Assembly (NCBI GenBank): GCA_043228905.1
Contig: JBHGNT010000003.1
Coordinates: 19,778,001-19,842,000 of the forward strand
Origin: Azolla caroliniana
Taxonomy: Eukaryota > Plantae > Polypodiophyta
DNA: 64,000 bases
Reading direction: 5' to 3'
The notes under the pieces were generated by a model, which had not been told where the DNA came from, did no database searches, and was given only the letters and a program-made list of their open reading frames with translations. Below are positions 11,847 to 23,500 of this stretch, one piece after another (position 1 is the first letter of the stretch; the number at the start of each line of letters is the position of its first letter). Position numbers and translations under genes: made by a program.

Positions 11847-14800
11847 TGTCGCGTTATTACGCGCGTGCGTGGAGAAAGGCGGGACCACGGGGGTCTTGGA
11901 CTAGGGAGTGACGGAGTGTAGGAAGTCGTGCTTCACCGTTTCTGGGGATCCCAGAAGAACACCGGAAGCGACCAAAGGGAGAGAGAGAAAGAGAGGGAGC
12001 GCGCGCTTAACACCGACTCACGCACACACACGCACACACACACACACACACATGCCGACCCGACTCACGCCCTTATGTACAGGAAACGCAGGAAAGGGGA
12101 AGCACCCGACATCAACAGAGACGCGAATATACACAGACAGACGCAAATGTATATATATAAAACGGAAGAATACATTCCCGGCTTCGAGCCGGACCAAGGT
12201 AGGTTACAATAGTTGTCAGTTGCCAAGCCGCTGGTCGGGGAGCTCACGGGCTCGTCGCGCCGAGCGGGGTCTTGCGCAGGAGAGGAGCTGAAGCAAACCC
12301 TAAGCGAACACGAAGGGGGAGAAGAAGAAGAAGAAGAAGAAGAAGAAATGTAACTAACCCTAAATCTAACGGTATACCCTCTAACGCAAAATGGGGAACC
12401 CATTCACAAAGGGCGCTCCCGTCCTTTTATAGAACAAGGAGAGGGATGCGTTACAATGTGGGATAAATCCCGACTTACATGGGATCGTCTGTCCCGACTT
12501 GACTACTCTTCGGCGCCATAAAGGCGCCCTCATTATTCACACTAAATGTACATGGGTGCGTACACACGCTGCACCCCACCGATGTAGCCAATGTTTCCCG
12601 GTTTCCGCCTCTGGCCGAAATTCTTCACGACATCCGCCCCGACCTAACCGCACGTCCACCGGTACGTGCCAAATCCGGTGAAGGGTGAGATATTTTGGCC
12701 GGTGAGAAACCGGTCTTCCGTGATCCGCATCCCGACTCGTTGCCGGTTTGATCCGTTGGCTTCGATTCTTCCTTCGCGCTTACCTCCCCGTAGGCTCGTT
12801 CGACTCGTCGATGGGTCCTCTGCCGCGATCTCCGTAGTACGCGTACTTCCGTTGGCCCTTGTTTGGCCGTATGAACACCCCGCTCCCCGCCGTATGCCCG
12901 ATGTCCTCCGCTTGGGGAACGCCCGTAGCGGCCGGCTTGGCCTCCGTTGATCATTCGCATCGTCCTGATTGCCGTCCCATGTTGTTTCGTGTTGCCCTCG
13001 TCCTCTCGCCGCCACCTTCCTTCTCCATGGTCTTACATCGCCACGTCGGCTCGAACCGCCATGGTCTTCGGAATAGTGTGGAGGATGCTTTCTGGCCTTC
13101 CACGTGCTACCTCTGAACCGCGCAACCTATCTCTGCGCTCGCCTTTCCGCTCCAGCACCTCTGTGCGCCACATACCCTCGTTCGTTGTTTGGCACCGCCT
13201 GTGCCGTACTCCGGTTCATTGCACGCCTTGTCGGGCCCTTTCCCGGCCGGATCGCGCATCGCCGCTCACCCGCATACCGGTGTCCTCCGCATCCGAGGAA
13301 CACCCCGTAGTAGCCCGCTTGGCCCTTCCCGTCTTCGTGCTGCTGCAACAGGTCCTGAGTTTTTCGCTTGCCGTTGTCCCCTCGCCCCCATCGGCTTGTC
13401 ATCTCGGATGGCCGTGTCAGTCTTCGCTACTTCGACGGAGCTACCGAGATCTACGAAGCGAGTGTGGAGGATCCTCCTCCGGCCTCTCTTGCCATCCCCT
13501 GACTCCGACCTTGTGCAGTACACTAGGCACTTGTCACCTCGTTCCCGGCACCTCCCTTGTGCCGTCTTTCGCTTCCTTCGTTCGGCACCGCCCGTGCCGA
13601 ACACTGTCCCGTAGTCACGCTTTGATCCGGTCTGCGATGGCCACTTGCGAGACTCTTATTCTGTCCCAGGTGTGCCTTTCCGGCCCGTCACACCTCCTTG
13701 TGTTTGCCCCTACCGGCTCCTTCCGAAACCGTAACCGGCCGGTGAGGGTTTCGCACTTCGTCCGCCCCGTCTTACCGACTCTCGATCCGCTACCTCTTGT
13801 CATTGGGTCCCGTTCCCTGCCGCCACCGTCCTTCTCCCTAGGTCTCACGTTGCCACGTTGGCCAAACTGCCGGAGTCTCCGGATCGGTGTGAGGGTCCCA
13901 TAGGACCTATCTTTGTTTTGTTGCTTGCCGAGATCTGGGTGTCTTTCGTCGGAGTCCTTCACGACTCTCCTCGTGTCTTCTGCGTAGTCGGGTCCCGTTT
14001 CCCGCCGCCACCAACCTTCTCTCTCGGTCTCATGTTGCCACGTTGGCCGAACTGCCGGAGTCTCTTGTTAAGTATGGGGATCCCGTAGGACCGGACTTCC
14101 TTTCGCCTACTGACCTTGCCGGAAGGTCCGATTCGGTTCGTAGCCGCCTCGCCGGCCTGATACCTCCTTGCCGTTCGTCGCTTCCTGCCGTTAGATCACG
14201 TTCTCCTGCCACCACCGATCTTCCCTATAGGACTCACGCCGGCTCTCGGGCCGACCGCCGGATCGGTGTGAGGATCTCCGTAGACCGACCATCCGTAGCC
14301 CTTTTGCCTTCGTCACCTCGCCGCCACCGTTAGTATCTTGGTCTTACGTCAACCGCGTTGCCGATTGCCGAACTCTTTAGAACCGGTGTGAAGGATCCTC
14401 CGTGGGCGTTCGTCACTGCCTACCGTCCGATCACGTTCTCCTGCCGCCACTGATCTTCCCTATAGGACTCACGCCGGCTCTCGGGCCGACCGCCGGATCG
14501 GTGTGAGGATCTCCGTAGACCGCCCATCCGTAGCCCTTTTGCCTTCGTCACCTCGCCGCCACCGTCAGTATCTTGGTCTTACGTCGACCGCGTTGCCGAC
14601 TGCCGAAGTCTCTAGAACTGGTGTGAAGGATCCTCCTTGGGCATTCGTCGCTTCCTGCCGTCCGATCACGTTCTCCTGCCGCCACCGATCTTCCCTATAG
14701 GACTCACGCCGTCTCTCGGGCCGACCGCCGGATCGGTGTGAGGATCTCCGTAGATCGCCCATCCGTAGCCCTTTTGCCTTCGTCACCTCGCCGCCACCGT

Positions 14801-17533
14801 CAGTATCTTGGTCTTACGTCGACCGCGTTGCCGACTGCCGAAGTCTCTAGAACCGGTGTGAAGGCTCCTCCTCCGGCGCTCGTTTTGTCTTCCTGACCCT
14901 GTCCCGGGTCGTCCCTTTCCGCATGCCAAGAGGGTGGTTTACTCCGCACCCTCTCCCGTGGTACCGACGTACCGTCTCCTCGGCCTCTTCGTAGGCCGGC
15001 TCTCTTCCTCCCTTCCGGAATGGTCATCCGGGAGTCCGCTCCGCCCGGTTCTCGTCCGGGTCACTGCCCCTTTTAGTGGTGTCGGTGGATAGCATCCGCT
15101 TTGTGATCAATCAAGCCCCGCCTAAGCTTGATTCTCCAATGTCCGGAGTTTCAGCTCCGATGCCGACCTTGCCAGACTCGTTCCGAACCTTTAATCACCT
15201 TCATTCGAATTCTCGACCTTTGCCCGGTCGGTCTTTCTCCCCATGTAAAAGAGGGCGGCTCGTCCCGCACCCTCTCCTGTTTCGGCACCTTTATGCCGAT
15301 TCTGGCCACGATCGAACAATCCACGATCGGATTACGCTCCATCCGAATCGGAATGCTGATCTTCTCGTACTGCTTCCGTCCTCGGCCTCCTCGCAAGCCG
15401 TTCCCCATCCATCTTCGCTGGCATCGTGCCAGGACTCCTCGGTGCCGTCATCCATCTCCTCGGTCTTACATGGGCATACAGGCCCGAACGCCGAGTTCTC
15501 CGAAATCGGGTCCATGGACTCTCGTCCTCTCCTTCCCCGTATCGTCTCGCCGGTGATTCTTGGTCCTTCGCCGCCACCTTCCTCCGGTTGGGACTCACAT
15601 GTGCTCTCGGGCCCGACTGCCATCGTCTCGGGAGCAAGTGTGGGAAGACACAAAGAATCGCCCGTCCGTTTTACGCCCTTGTCCGTAGCCACCGACTCTT
15701 CGTGGTCGACGGTCGTCTTCTTACCGATCGCGCAAGCCCCGCCTGGGCTTGCTTCTCCGTTATCCAGGGTTTCGGGGTGACACGCCCGAAACCGCCGGTC
15801 CCAACTATCTGGTTCCGCGATCTGTATCTCGGCCTCGTCCTTGGCCGTTCTATCTCCGCAATTCGAGAGGGAGTTTTGTTCCGCACCCTCTCCCGTGGTA
15901 CCAACGTACCGGTCTTCCGCCGTAGCGTGGGGCAAGTCCGTCTCCTCGGTCTCAGCTTGGGGCCTCGATCTTTCCTCTTCCTCGAGCATCGCCTTGAGAG
16001 CTGCGTACGCCTCCGCAATCCTGGCCCCAACGCCGACACTTGCTAGCTCCCTTTGCCGTTCGGCCGCTTCCCGCTGTGATGGCACGCCGTTGCGCGCCTT
16101 CCTCTTAGCCTTCTCGGCTCCCTCATCGTCTAGCCATTGGCACACCCTTCCGACCTTCGACCAGTCCTCCGTAAGCCCATTCGCTCCGTCATCGTCTTCG
16201 AGCTCAATCCCGATGGCTTCCCGTTCCGCTCGGTCGATCGACCTGACGAACAATAGGACTTTGTCCGCCCCCACCAAACCTTGTTCCCGCTCCGGGAGCC
16301 GAGCAAGCCGTCGCTCGAACTCTCGGAACGCCTTGGCTGCGCCCCGGTGGGTCTTTGCCGATGCTACCCATTGGTCGAAGTCGTGTCGTCCTCGGCTCTT
16401 CCGCCATCCTCCGTATGCCTTCAAGAGCGCCTCTTCGAAGGCCTCCCACGAACTATGAGCCTCACGGAGCTCCTTTACTTCCGCATGCATCCCGATAGCT
16501 ACAACCCGACAGAAGAACTTCAGCCTCAACGCCTCATCTACGCCGCGCTCCTCCATTTCCGCGTTGTAGGCTTCCAAGTAAGATGGGACTTTGTCCCCGC
16601 TGAAACGACCGACTCTTTCAACCACTCGCTCAACCGCTTGTTGCGCTGCTTCTATCCTCATCATCACTCGTGCCGACTCCAACACCACTTCCGCCACCAT
16701 CACCGCGAGGTCGTCGTCTTCCGACTCCATCCTCCCTTGCCGCCTTTCACGTCGGGTTCACCAAAGATGTCGTGTTATTATGCGCGTGCGTGGAGAAAGG
16801 CGGGATCACGGGGGTCTTGGACGAGGGAGTGACGGAGCGTAGGAAGTCGTGCTTCACCGTTTCCGGGGATCCCAGAAGAACACCGGAAGCGACCAAAGGG
16901 AGAGAGAGAAAGAGAGGAAGCGACCGACTCACGCACACACACACACATGCCGACCCGACTCACGCCCTTATGTACAGGAAACGCAGGAAAGGGGAAGCAC
17001 CCGACATCAACAGAGACGCGAATATACACAGACAGACGCAAATGTATATATATAAAACGGAAGAATACATTCCCGGCTTCGAGCCGGACCAAGGTAGGTT
17101 ACAATAGTCGTCAGCTGCCAAGCCGCCGGTCGGGGAGCTCACGGGCTCGTCGCGCCGAGCGGGGTCTTGCACAGGAGAGGAGCTAAAGCAAACCCTAAGC
17201 GAACACGAAGGGGGAGAAGAAGAAGAAGAAGAAGAAGAAGAAGAAGAAATGTAACTAACCCTAAATCTAACGGTATACCCTCTAACGCAAAATGGGGAAC
17301 CCCTTCACAAAGGGCGCTCCCGTCCTTTTATAGAACAAGGAGAGGGATGCGTTACAATGTGGGATAAATCCCGACTTACATGGGATCGTCTGTCCCGACT
17401 TGACTACTCTTTGGCGCCATAAAGGCGCCCTCGTTATTCACACTAAATGTACATGGGTGCGTACACACGTTGCACCCCGCCGATGTAGCCAATGTTTCCC
17501 GGTTTCCGCCTCTGGCCGAAATTCTTCACGACA
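11847..17533 (-). mobile_element. Complete gag-only LTR element B, copy 2 (LTRs 11847-12632 and 16768-17533, TSD ACGT)
   Basis: Two highly similar ~770-790 bp TG...CA LTRs with (CA)n and (GAA)n tracts. ACGT flanks at 11843-11846 and 17534-17537. Confidence 0.92.
15291..16730 (-). CDS. gag: Gag-like protein, 479 aa (duplicate copy, one amino-acid difference)
   Basis: Identical to 7098-8537 except one P/S change. Confidence 0.75.
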   Translation of the reverse strand: MESEDDDLAVMVAEVVLESARVMMRIEAAQQAVERVVERVGRFSGDKVPSYLEAYNAEMEERGVDEALRLKFFCRVVAIGMHAEVKELREAHSSWEAFEEALLKAYGGWRKSRGRHDFDQWVASAKTHRGAAKAFREFERRLARLPEREQGLVGADKVLLFVRSIDRAEREAIGIELEDDDGANGLTEDWSKVGRVCQWLDDEGAEKAKRKARNGVPSQREAAERQRELASVGVGARIAEAYAALKAMLEEEERSRPQAETEETDLPHATAEDRYVGTTGEGAEQNSLSNCGDRTAKDEAEIQIAEPDSWDRRFRACHPETLDNGEASPGGACAIGKKTTVDHEESVATDKGVKRTGDSLCLPTLAPETMAVGPESTCESQPEEGGGEGPRITGETIRGRRGRESMDPISENSAFGPVCPCKTEEMDDGTEESWHDASEDGWGTACEEAEDGSSTRRSAFRFGWSVIRSWIVRSWPESA

Positions 17534-18292
17534 ACGTGCGGTTTGGTGGGGCTGAATGTCGTGAAGATTCCGGGCCATGGTGAGAAATCAGGACATATCG
17601 GAAGAATTGGCGGGGTGGAGCATGTGCACTTACCCTTGTATAAACGTGTGAATAATAGGGGTGCCTTTATGGCGCCGAGTAGGAGTTAAGTCGGGACAGA
17701 GAATCCCATGTAAATCGTGATTTATCCCACATTGTTACGCACCTCCCTCCTTGTGCTATAAAAGGAAGGGAGGGTCCCTTGTAAAAGGGTTGCCCATTTT
17801 GAGTTAGGAGGGTATACCGCTATATTTAATGTTAGGTAGTTTCTCTTATTCTTACTTCATTCTATAGTTTCATCTTGGCAGTTTCTTTTCTTCTTCTTCA
17901 TCTTCTTCGTCGTCGTGTGGGTTGAGAGTTCATGTTTGTTTAGGGTTTGCTTCTGCTCAGTCTCCTGTGCAAGACCCCGCTTGGCAGTAGACTGTTGTTG
18001 TAACCTACCCCACCTTGGTCTGGCTCGAAGCCGGGGTTGTATCTTCCTCTTGTAATATATATATATGTTTTGTTGTGCACATCCGCGTCTCTGAAAGTGT
18101 CGGGTGTTTCTACCCTTTTTGTTTTTCGTGCATAAGAGTCGGTGTTGCACGCAGTCTCTCTCTCACTCACGCTCTCGTGTTCGGTAGCCTCTAGTATGTG
18201 TCCAGAGTCGATTTCTTGGCATCCCTCTCTTCCTCGTCCGAGACCCCCGTGGTCCGGCCCTTTTCGACACGCACTTGCGGAATACCGCGACA

Positions 18293-18737
18293 CGTGGAAC
18301 TCAACGTGATGAGGCTAGACACTCGGGAAGTTGGGAGCGATGAGATGAGGAACTTAAGACGCTAGGTACAATACAAGAGCATAAAGGTAGAGATCTAAAT
18401 CAAGGAGAGAAGATGGGGCTAAACAAGAATACTAGATTGATGTGTCAGTGATTGGTGTTGAATCCCTTGAAAGGGATCAAGAAGGTTACAAGTATTTATA
18501 CTCTAAGTTGGAGTACATGCATTAGAATATTTTGAAGAATATTCTAGAACCTTCTAGAACATTAGAACTTTCTAGAACGAGTATACATAGATCACGTACA
18601 TCTTATACAATGATATGTAGATCAAATATATCTTATACAATGCTCATACGAAGATGGTTGGGCATGATGTATTGTTGATGTGAGGTTGTATGTTCAATCC
18701 TCACCAACTATATATTTTATGTCATTGTATCGTGACA
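18293..18737 (-). mobile_element. Partial LTR of family E
   Basis: Diverged similarity to 38930-39308. Both end ...cgtgaca on the plus strand and carry a minus-strand TATAAAT. Confidence 0.6.
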
Positions 18738-19216
18738 GGAACCAGATGTTGTCGTCACCGAAGACTAGACCACCAATAGAGGTGAGCGACCATGTGCGGT
18801 CCTCATCGGAGATTGGAACGCCGACGTGCGTGAGTGACCATGTGTCACAGACCGGTAGACGAGGACAAGGACAAGTAGGCGAGCTAAATATTAAGAGAGA
18901 GCGAAAGATAGATATATAGATAGGGAGAGAGTATAGACAAGAGAACAAGAGAGATAGAGGGAGAAGGTAGACAAAGAGTAAGAACTAGATTATGCTTCCG
19001 TAACAGGTGTTGTTCACCTTGATTGTAATCAAGGTGCACCGAAGTATTTATACAAGAATGTGGTGGTATGCATGTAAGCTAGAAAACATATAGAGAATGC
19101 ATGGAAACTTCTAGAGAGTGCATGAAGGTGCATTCTCTAGAAGTTTCTTGAAAGTTCTAGTGATTAACTTACAATGTAATAAGTTGAAACTTATACAATA
19201 TAATAATGCATTATTA

Positions 19217-19291
19217 GATGGAATGTAGCTCAATTACTAAGGTTACCCAATAAGACCAAGAGGTTATGGGTTCAACCCCCTACATTCCATC
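19217..19291 (+). other. tRNA-derived module inside the LTR of element C (also 38423-38497)
   Basis: 12-bp terminal inverted repeat gatggaatgtag/ctacattccatc, A-box-like TAGCTCAATT and B-box-like GGTTCAACCCC. The anticodon arm is degenerate. Confidence 0.7.
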
Positions 19292-20509
19292 GTGTCTATC
19301 GTGTTTATGACATTATCGAGAGTCGAGGATTTGGTCAACCTCATATTCTTCACCCGTCGACAATTCCACAGGTGGCGGTGGAGGAGGTTGTCATCCTGGA
19401 ATTCGTGAATGATGGTAGAGTTTGAGGAGGGAAACGTGAAAAACATCGTGAATCCTGAATGTTGGAGGAAGTGCTAACCGGAAGGCGACTAGGTTGATCC
19501 GCTTGATGATATGAAAGGGGCCTAGCCTTTTGTAGTCCAATTTTGCACAAGGACGTGTGGTGGCGATGTGACGACGTAACAACCAAACCATATCCCCGAT
19601 TGCAAACGTCAGTGCAACTAAGCGATGTTGATCTGCTTGATCTTTATAGTGGTCACCAACAACACGGAGCTCGAAGGAGAGGCCACGATGGACATTGTGT
19701 AAAGCGCGGGCATGCGTCTCTGCTGAAGGATTGACCGAAGTTGCAGGTATGGAAATGCTGAAACGAGGGTGAAATCCATAAACACCGGGTCATTTGAAAT
19801 AGGTAATATGTCGTATTCTCTTTTGCCATAGTTGGTGAGATGCAGAAAAGTACCCTAATTTAGCATGATTTCGAAAATGTACAATGCATGCGTACTTATT
19901 TTGCGAATGGATGGTGAAATATAGAACCAAATAAAATCCAAGCATTTGGTGAATTGTATACGTCTTGTTTTCGTGTCAATTTGTATATCCTGGAGTACAA
20001 TTGAATACTAGGTTGAATATTAAACATCTTTATTTGGTATTCATATTCAAATTCCAGAGTAAAACTACATAAACCCTAAATGTTAATATGTGGTTTAGGG
20101 TTGAGGAAAAAAGTAGTCCCCTACTTGTTGGACGAGTATATCGATAGTTTCGTTGTATAATGTCATATAATCCATCACAATGTAATTGGTAAGAGTAACA
20201 ATTATGTACCACGTTCATTTATACTATTTGAAACCAACAGACTTCGAACATAGCAAACTAAAAACCTTTTATTATCAAGAACATTCACAAGTTCATATAT
20301 ATAATCATGCTAAGAGAAATGAGAAAGTATATTATCATGTTAATACCCCAAACTAGAGAAGAGCATGGTGACCAATCATATGTATATACAAATTACAGTT
20401 CAAAAAATGATTAAAAAGTGAAATTATGAACGGGTGAATAAAATTAAACGGTAAACGATTACTTTTGTTCTCATATACAAAAACAATATGAAGTCAAGGT
20501 ATACATTAT

Positions 20510-23500
20510 GCCTCAAAAATCCTCAAAGTATACATTATGCCATCTAAATCAATCTATAAGCAAATTTGGCACACTAGGCTCTTCAGGCGCTGATTGTTCT
20601 GGACTATTCTCGCTTGTGTCATCTCCACGCTCTCTTGAATCTGATGTATGTTCAAATTGCGTTACATCTTCTAGGTCCACAAGCTCCCCTGCTTCTTAAT
20701 CAATAGGTTCCATTGGTTCTCGTGAAGTCATTTGGAACATCTCTGTCTCATTGATGTGCTTAGCTCTAACTTCTTGATCCTGATCTGGACAGTCCCAAAT
20801 TCCTGTGATCCTCATTTTGATGAAGTTAACTTGTGCAGGGTCCTTCTCCAACGCAACACAGTTTCGAAATATCTTCAATGCCTAAGTTGTTGTAGTACCT
20901 AATGGCCGCATGAACACGAACAAGTATATATAAGAATTAAAGTCTTAAACTTGATCGACAGAAATCAAAGTAAATATATTTTATATACCTATGCCAGAGA
21001 ACAAGTCTAGGACCCAATCATCTGGATTCGAGAAGAGCTCTAGGAGGCGGTTGATCAATCTTTGAGTTTTTTGATAAGGATTCACCATAATCTTATCACC
21101 TGAAACATGCCTTAATTTTTTTGTGACAACTGGGCACATGATATAATTTACCACGTTACGCTCATTGACATGTGCTCTAGCCTTCTTCTTTGTTATTGAA
21201 TCATAGTAACCCACACAAAAATGTTCGACCGCACTAACCATTCGATCGCCAGGGCTACGTGTAATATTTGTTTTAATCCTATAGAGAAATAAAATCATGT
21301 TTTAGAGGTATGAATGTCAACATATAATAACAAGTATCATAATGATTAAAAAAAATTGTGACACACCAATGCATGTGTTCAGTGGCATGACAACGTGACT
21401 TTAGAGCTATTGTGACTTACAATGATTGCCCCATGCTATGGAATATGATTATCCTCCAAAAGGGGGCCAATGTCAGTTCGGCGAAATCCTTTACCATCTT
21501 CTCGATTTGGGGGTACTTGAAAGGCACATCATCATATGTTGATCCCGCAATTCGGAATCCATATGGTATGTCGGCTATCAGCAAAGTGTAGTGCCTTCTC
21601 GGTAACAGATAGAGCATTTGTGATACTTCCCCATTAAATACACTACAATGTAACTGTTTATAAGGATCAGACCTATGCAAAAATCTCTTCACAGTCTCCG
21701 AATCCTCATGCAGTTCCATCTCTTTCCCTTTGGTCATTCTCTTCTCATACTTTGCACGTTCTAAGTGTGTGAAAAAGGCAGCTGGAATACCAATTATTGT
21801 AATGACCTCCAAGGTAAAAGTTTCATGTCTTCTGCTAACTCCTCGATTACCAAGTCGCTTTTGCCCTTTGACTTCAATTTGATCTCAACTTGTGGATCAA
21901 TCCTTACCTTCTTTGACCTTTGCCCTTTGATCTCTTTCCGCTCCCACATGCTAAATATTTTTTCCTGGAGATCCCACACCTCTTCGGTCCGAAAGGCTAG
22001 TTGAAACCAGGAATCATATTTTCGTAGCCCTTCTGATTTTGTGCTCTCATCCACTGCAATCCCCACTTCCAGTAAACACTGGGATGCAAACCAGCCACAA
22101 CCTTGGGCTAAAACGATTTAATGCATCTAGGTACTCATGATGAAAAAAACTGATCCTTTCAATGCATGACATCTTTTGCCTATAAAACACGTTCGCGTTC
22201 ACAAGTGGAAGGATTGCGCATTCGACTTGTAGAATCTTCTTAAAACGAAGCAAATACACCCTCTCTACAAAAATTGGATGCACTAGTATCACATGTTCCT
22301 CAACTTGATGAGAATTTGCAAATATAAAAATACATGATAGGTCTACTAGTGGAGATCATTAGAAATCATGCAAGTTTAGACGCGTTGATAAGTTAATGTA
22401 GGCATAATAAAGTTCAACAATGGCTCAATATGTCACTACTGTGTGACAAGGGAAACACTAACTTAAAGACTTATATTAATTAGGTAAGTTTTACAAAAAT
22501 ATCAGGTGTACTTGTATCCATACTAATAAAATGAGTTATAATTTATACTTTGACCCATACGTGCATGTATGTAATTGTGGAAAATGTAGGATAGTGCACA
22601 TTAGGATAAGTGATTGGAATAACTAACTTATTAAAGTATTCAATACTTGTATTTAAAGTTGATCTAATCTATTCCTCAGTTTGTTCATATGGGATCAAAC
22701 CATATGTATATAATTGTGGACAATGTAAGGCAGTGAACTTTAGGATAATGTCGGGGAAATAACAAACCTATTAGGCTTTCATACCTGTATTTAAAATTGA
22801 TCTACTCTATTGCTTAGGTGATTCACACAAGATCAAACTCCGAACGATAACGCAACTGGAACCATTATCAACACACTACACAATCTAAGCAGCAATGGAA
22901 TAGAAACATAATAGTTTTAACAATAGAGGACAAAGATCCATAATAACAACATGGACAATCATGGCAACAATTGTAGGGCCATGTTCTGTTAAGGTTAGCT
23001 TGGACCAAAATCAACCTCAATTTAAACTAATTCATGTTTCTCCATAAATTTGGTAGTCAGCTATGCACGTGGTGAAACCAATGTCATAAATCTACTAACC
23101 AAGTATATAAAAATAAAACTATTAATCATTATCATTGTTATGGTCTCATGCTAGTAGCTTCGCCTCCTCGTGAGTGAGTCCTACATATACTTTACATTCG
23201 ACGTACTTAAAGAAGGGGGTGAGAGGGTATTCTTTCACAAGCTGTCTACGAGCTTCAGCCGAATGCGATCCTCTAATTACATAATATGTATAATCATTAG
23301 CAGAGCTATACTTGAAGTCTGCTACTGTTGGACATTGATCTTAATCGACCATTACTAAAAATGGCACGACAGTAGCATGAGAATTAATTTTCATTTTGCT
23401 CTTCAAGTTTTGCACATGGACATCGTGCGGCTCTCTAATTTCTAGGGGACGTCTTCCAGTTAAGGGATCAATTGGAGGCCTCTAGATTGAAGTAATTGGC

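Larger units (their letters stand above)
745..17130. repeat. 8193-bp direct tandem duplication (unit 1 745-8937, unit 2 8938-17130)
   Basis: ORFs recur at +8193 (949/9142, 7098/15291). About 5 substitutions were seen. CGGGG microhomology lies at 745, 8938 and 17131. Confidence 0.97.
9036..18292 (+). mobile_element. Gag-only LTR element A, copy 2, completed by PPT (~17543-17556) and 3' LTR 17557-18292, with element B nested at 11847-17533
   Basis: Removing B restores ...ggtggacgtgcggtttggtggggctgaa-TGTCGTG. The LTR ends ataccgcgaCA. Confidence 0.85.

Noticed and set aside
19217-19291. Functional tRNA gene
   Set aside because: The D-arm 3' strand and anticodon arm do not pair properly, and it lies within an LTR. 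It is treated as tRNA-derived only.
21415-21420. GTAAGT as the splice donor in the methylase gene
   Set aside because: The downstream donor at 21366 restores the conserved HW-IK-N motif in frame, so the TAA is more likely a nonsense mutation. This is unverified.
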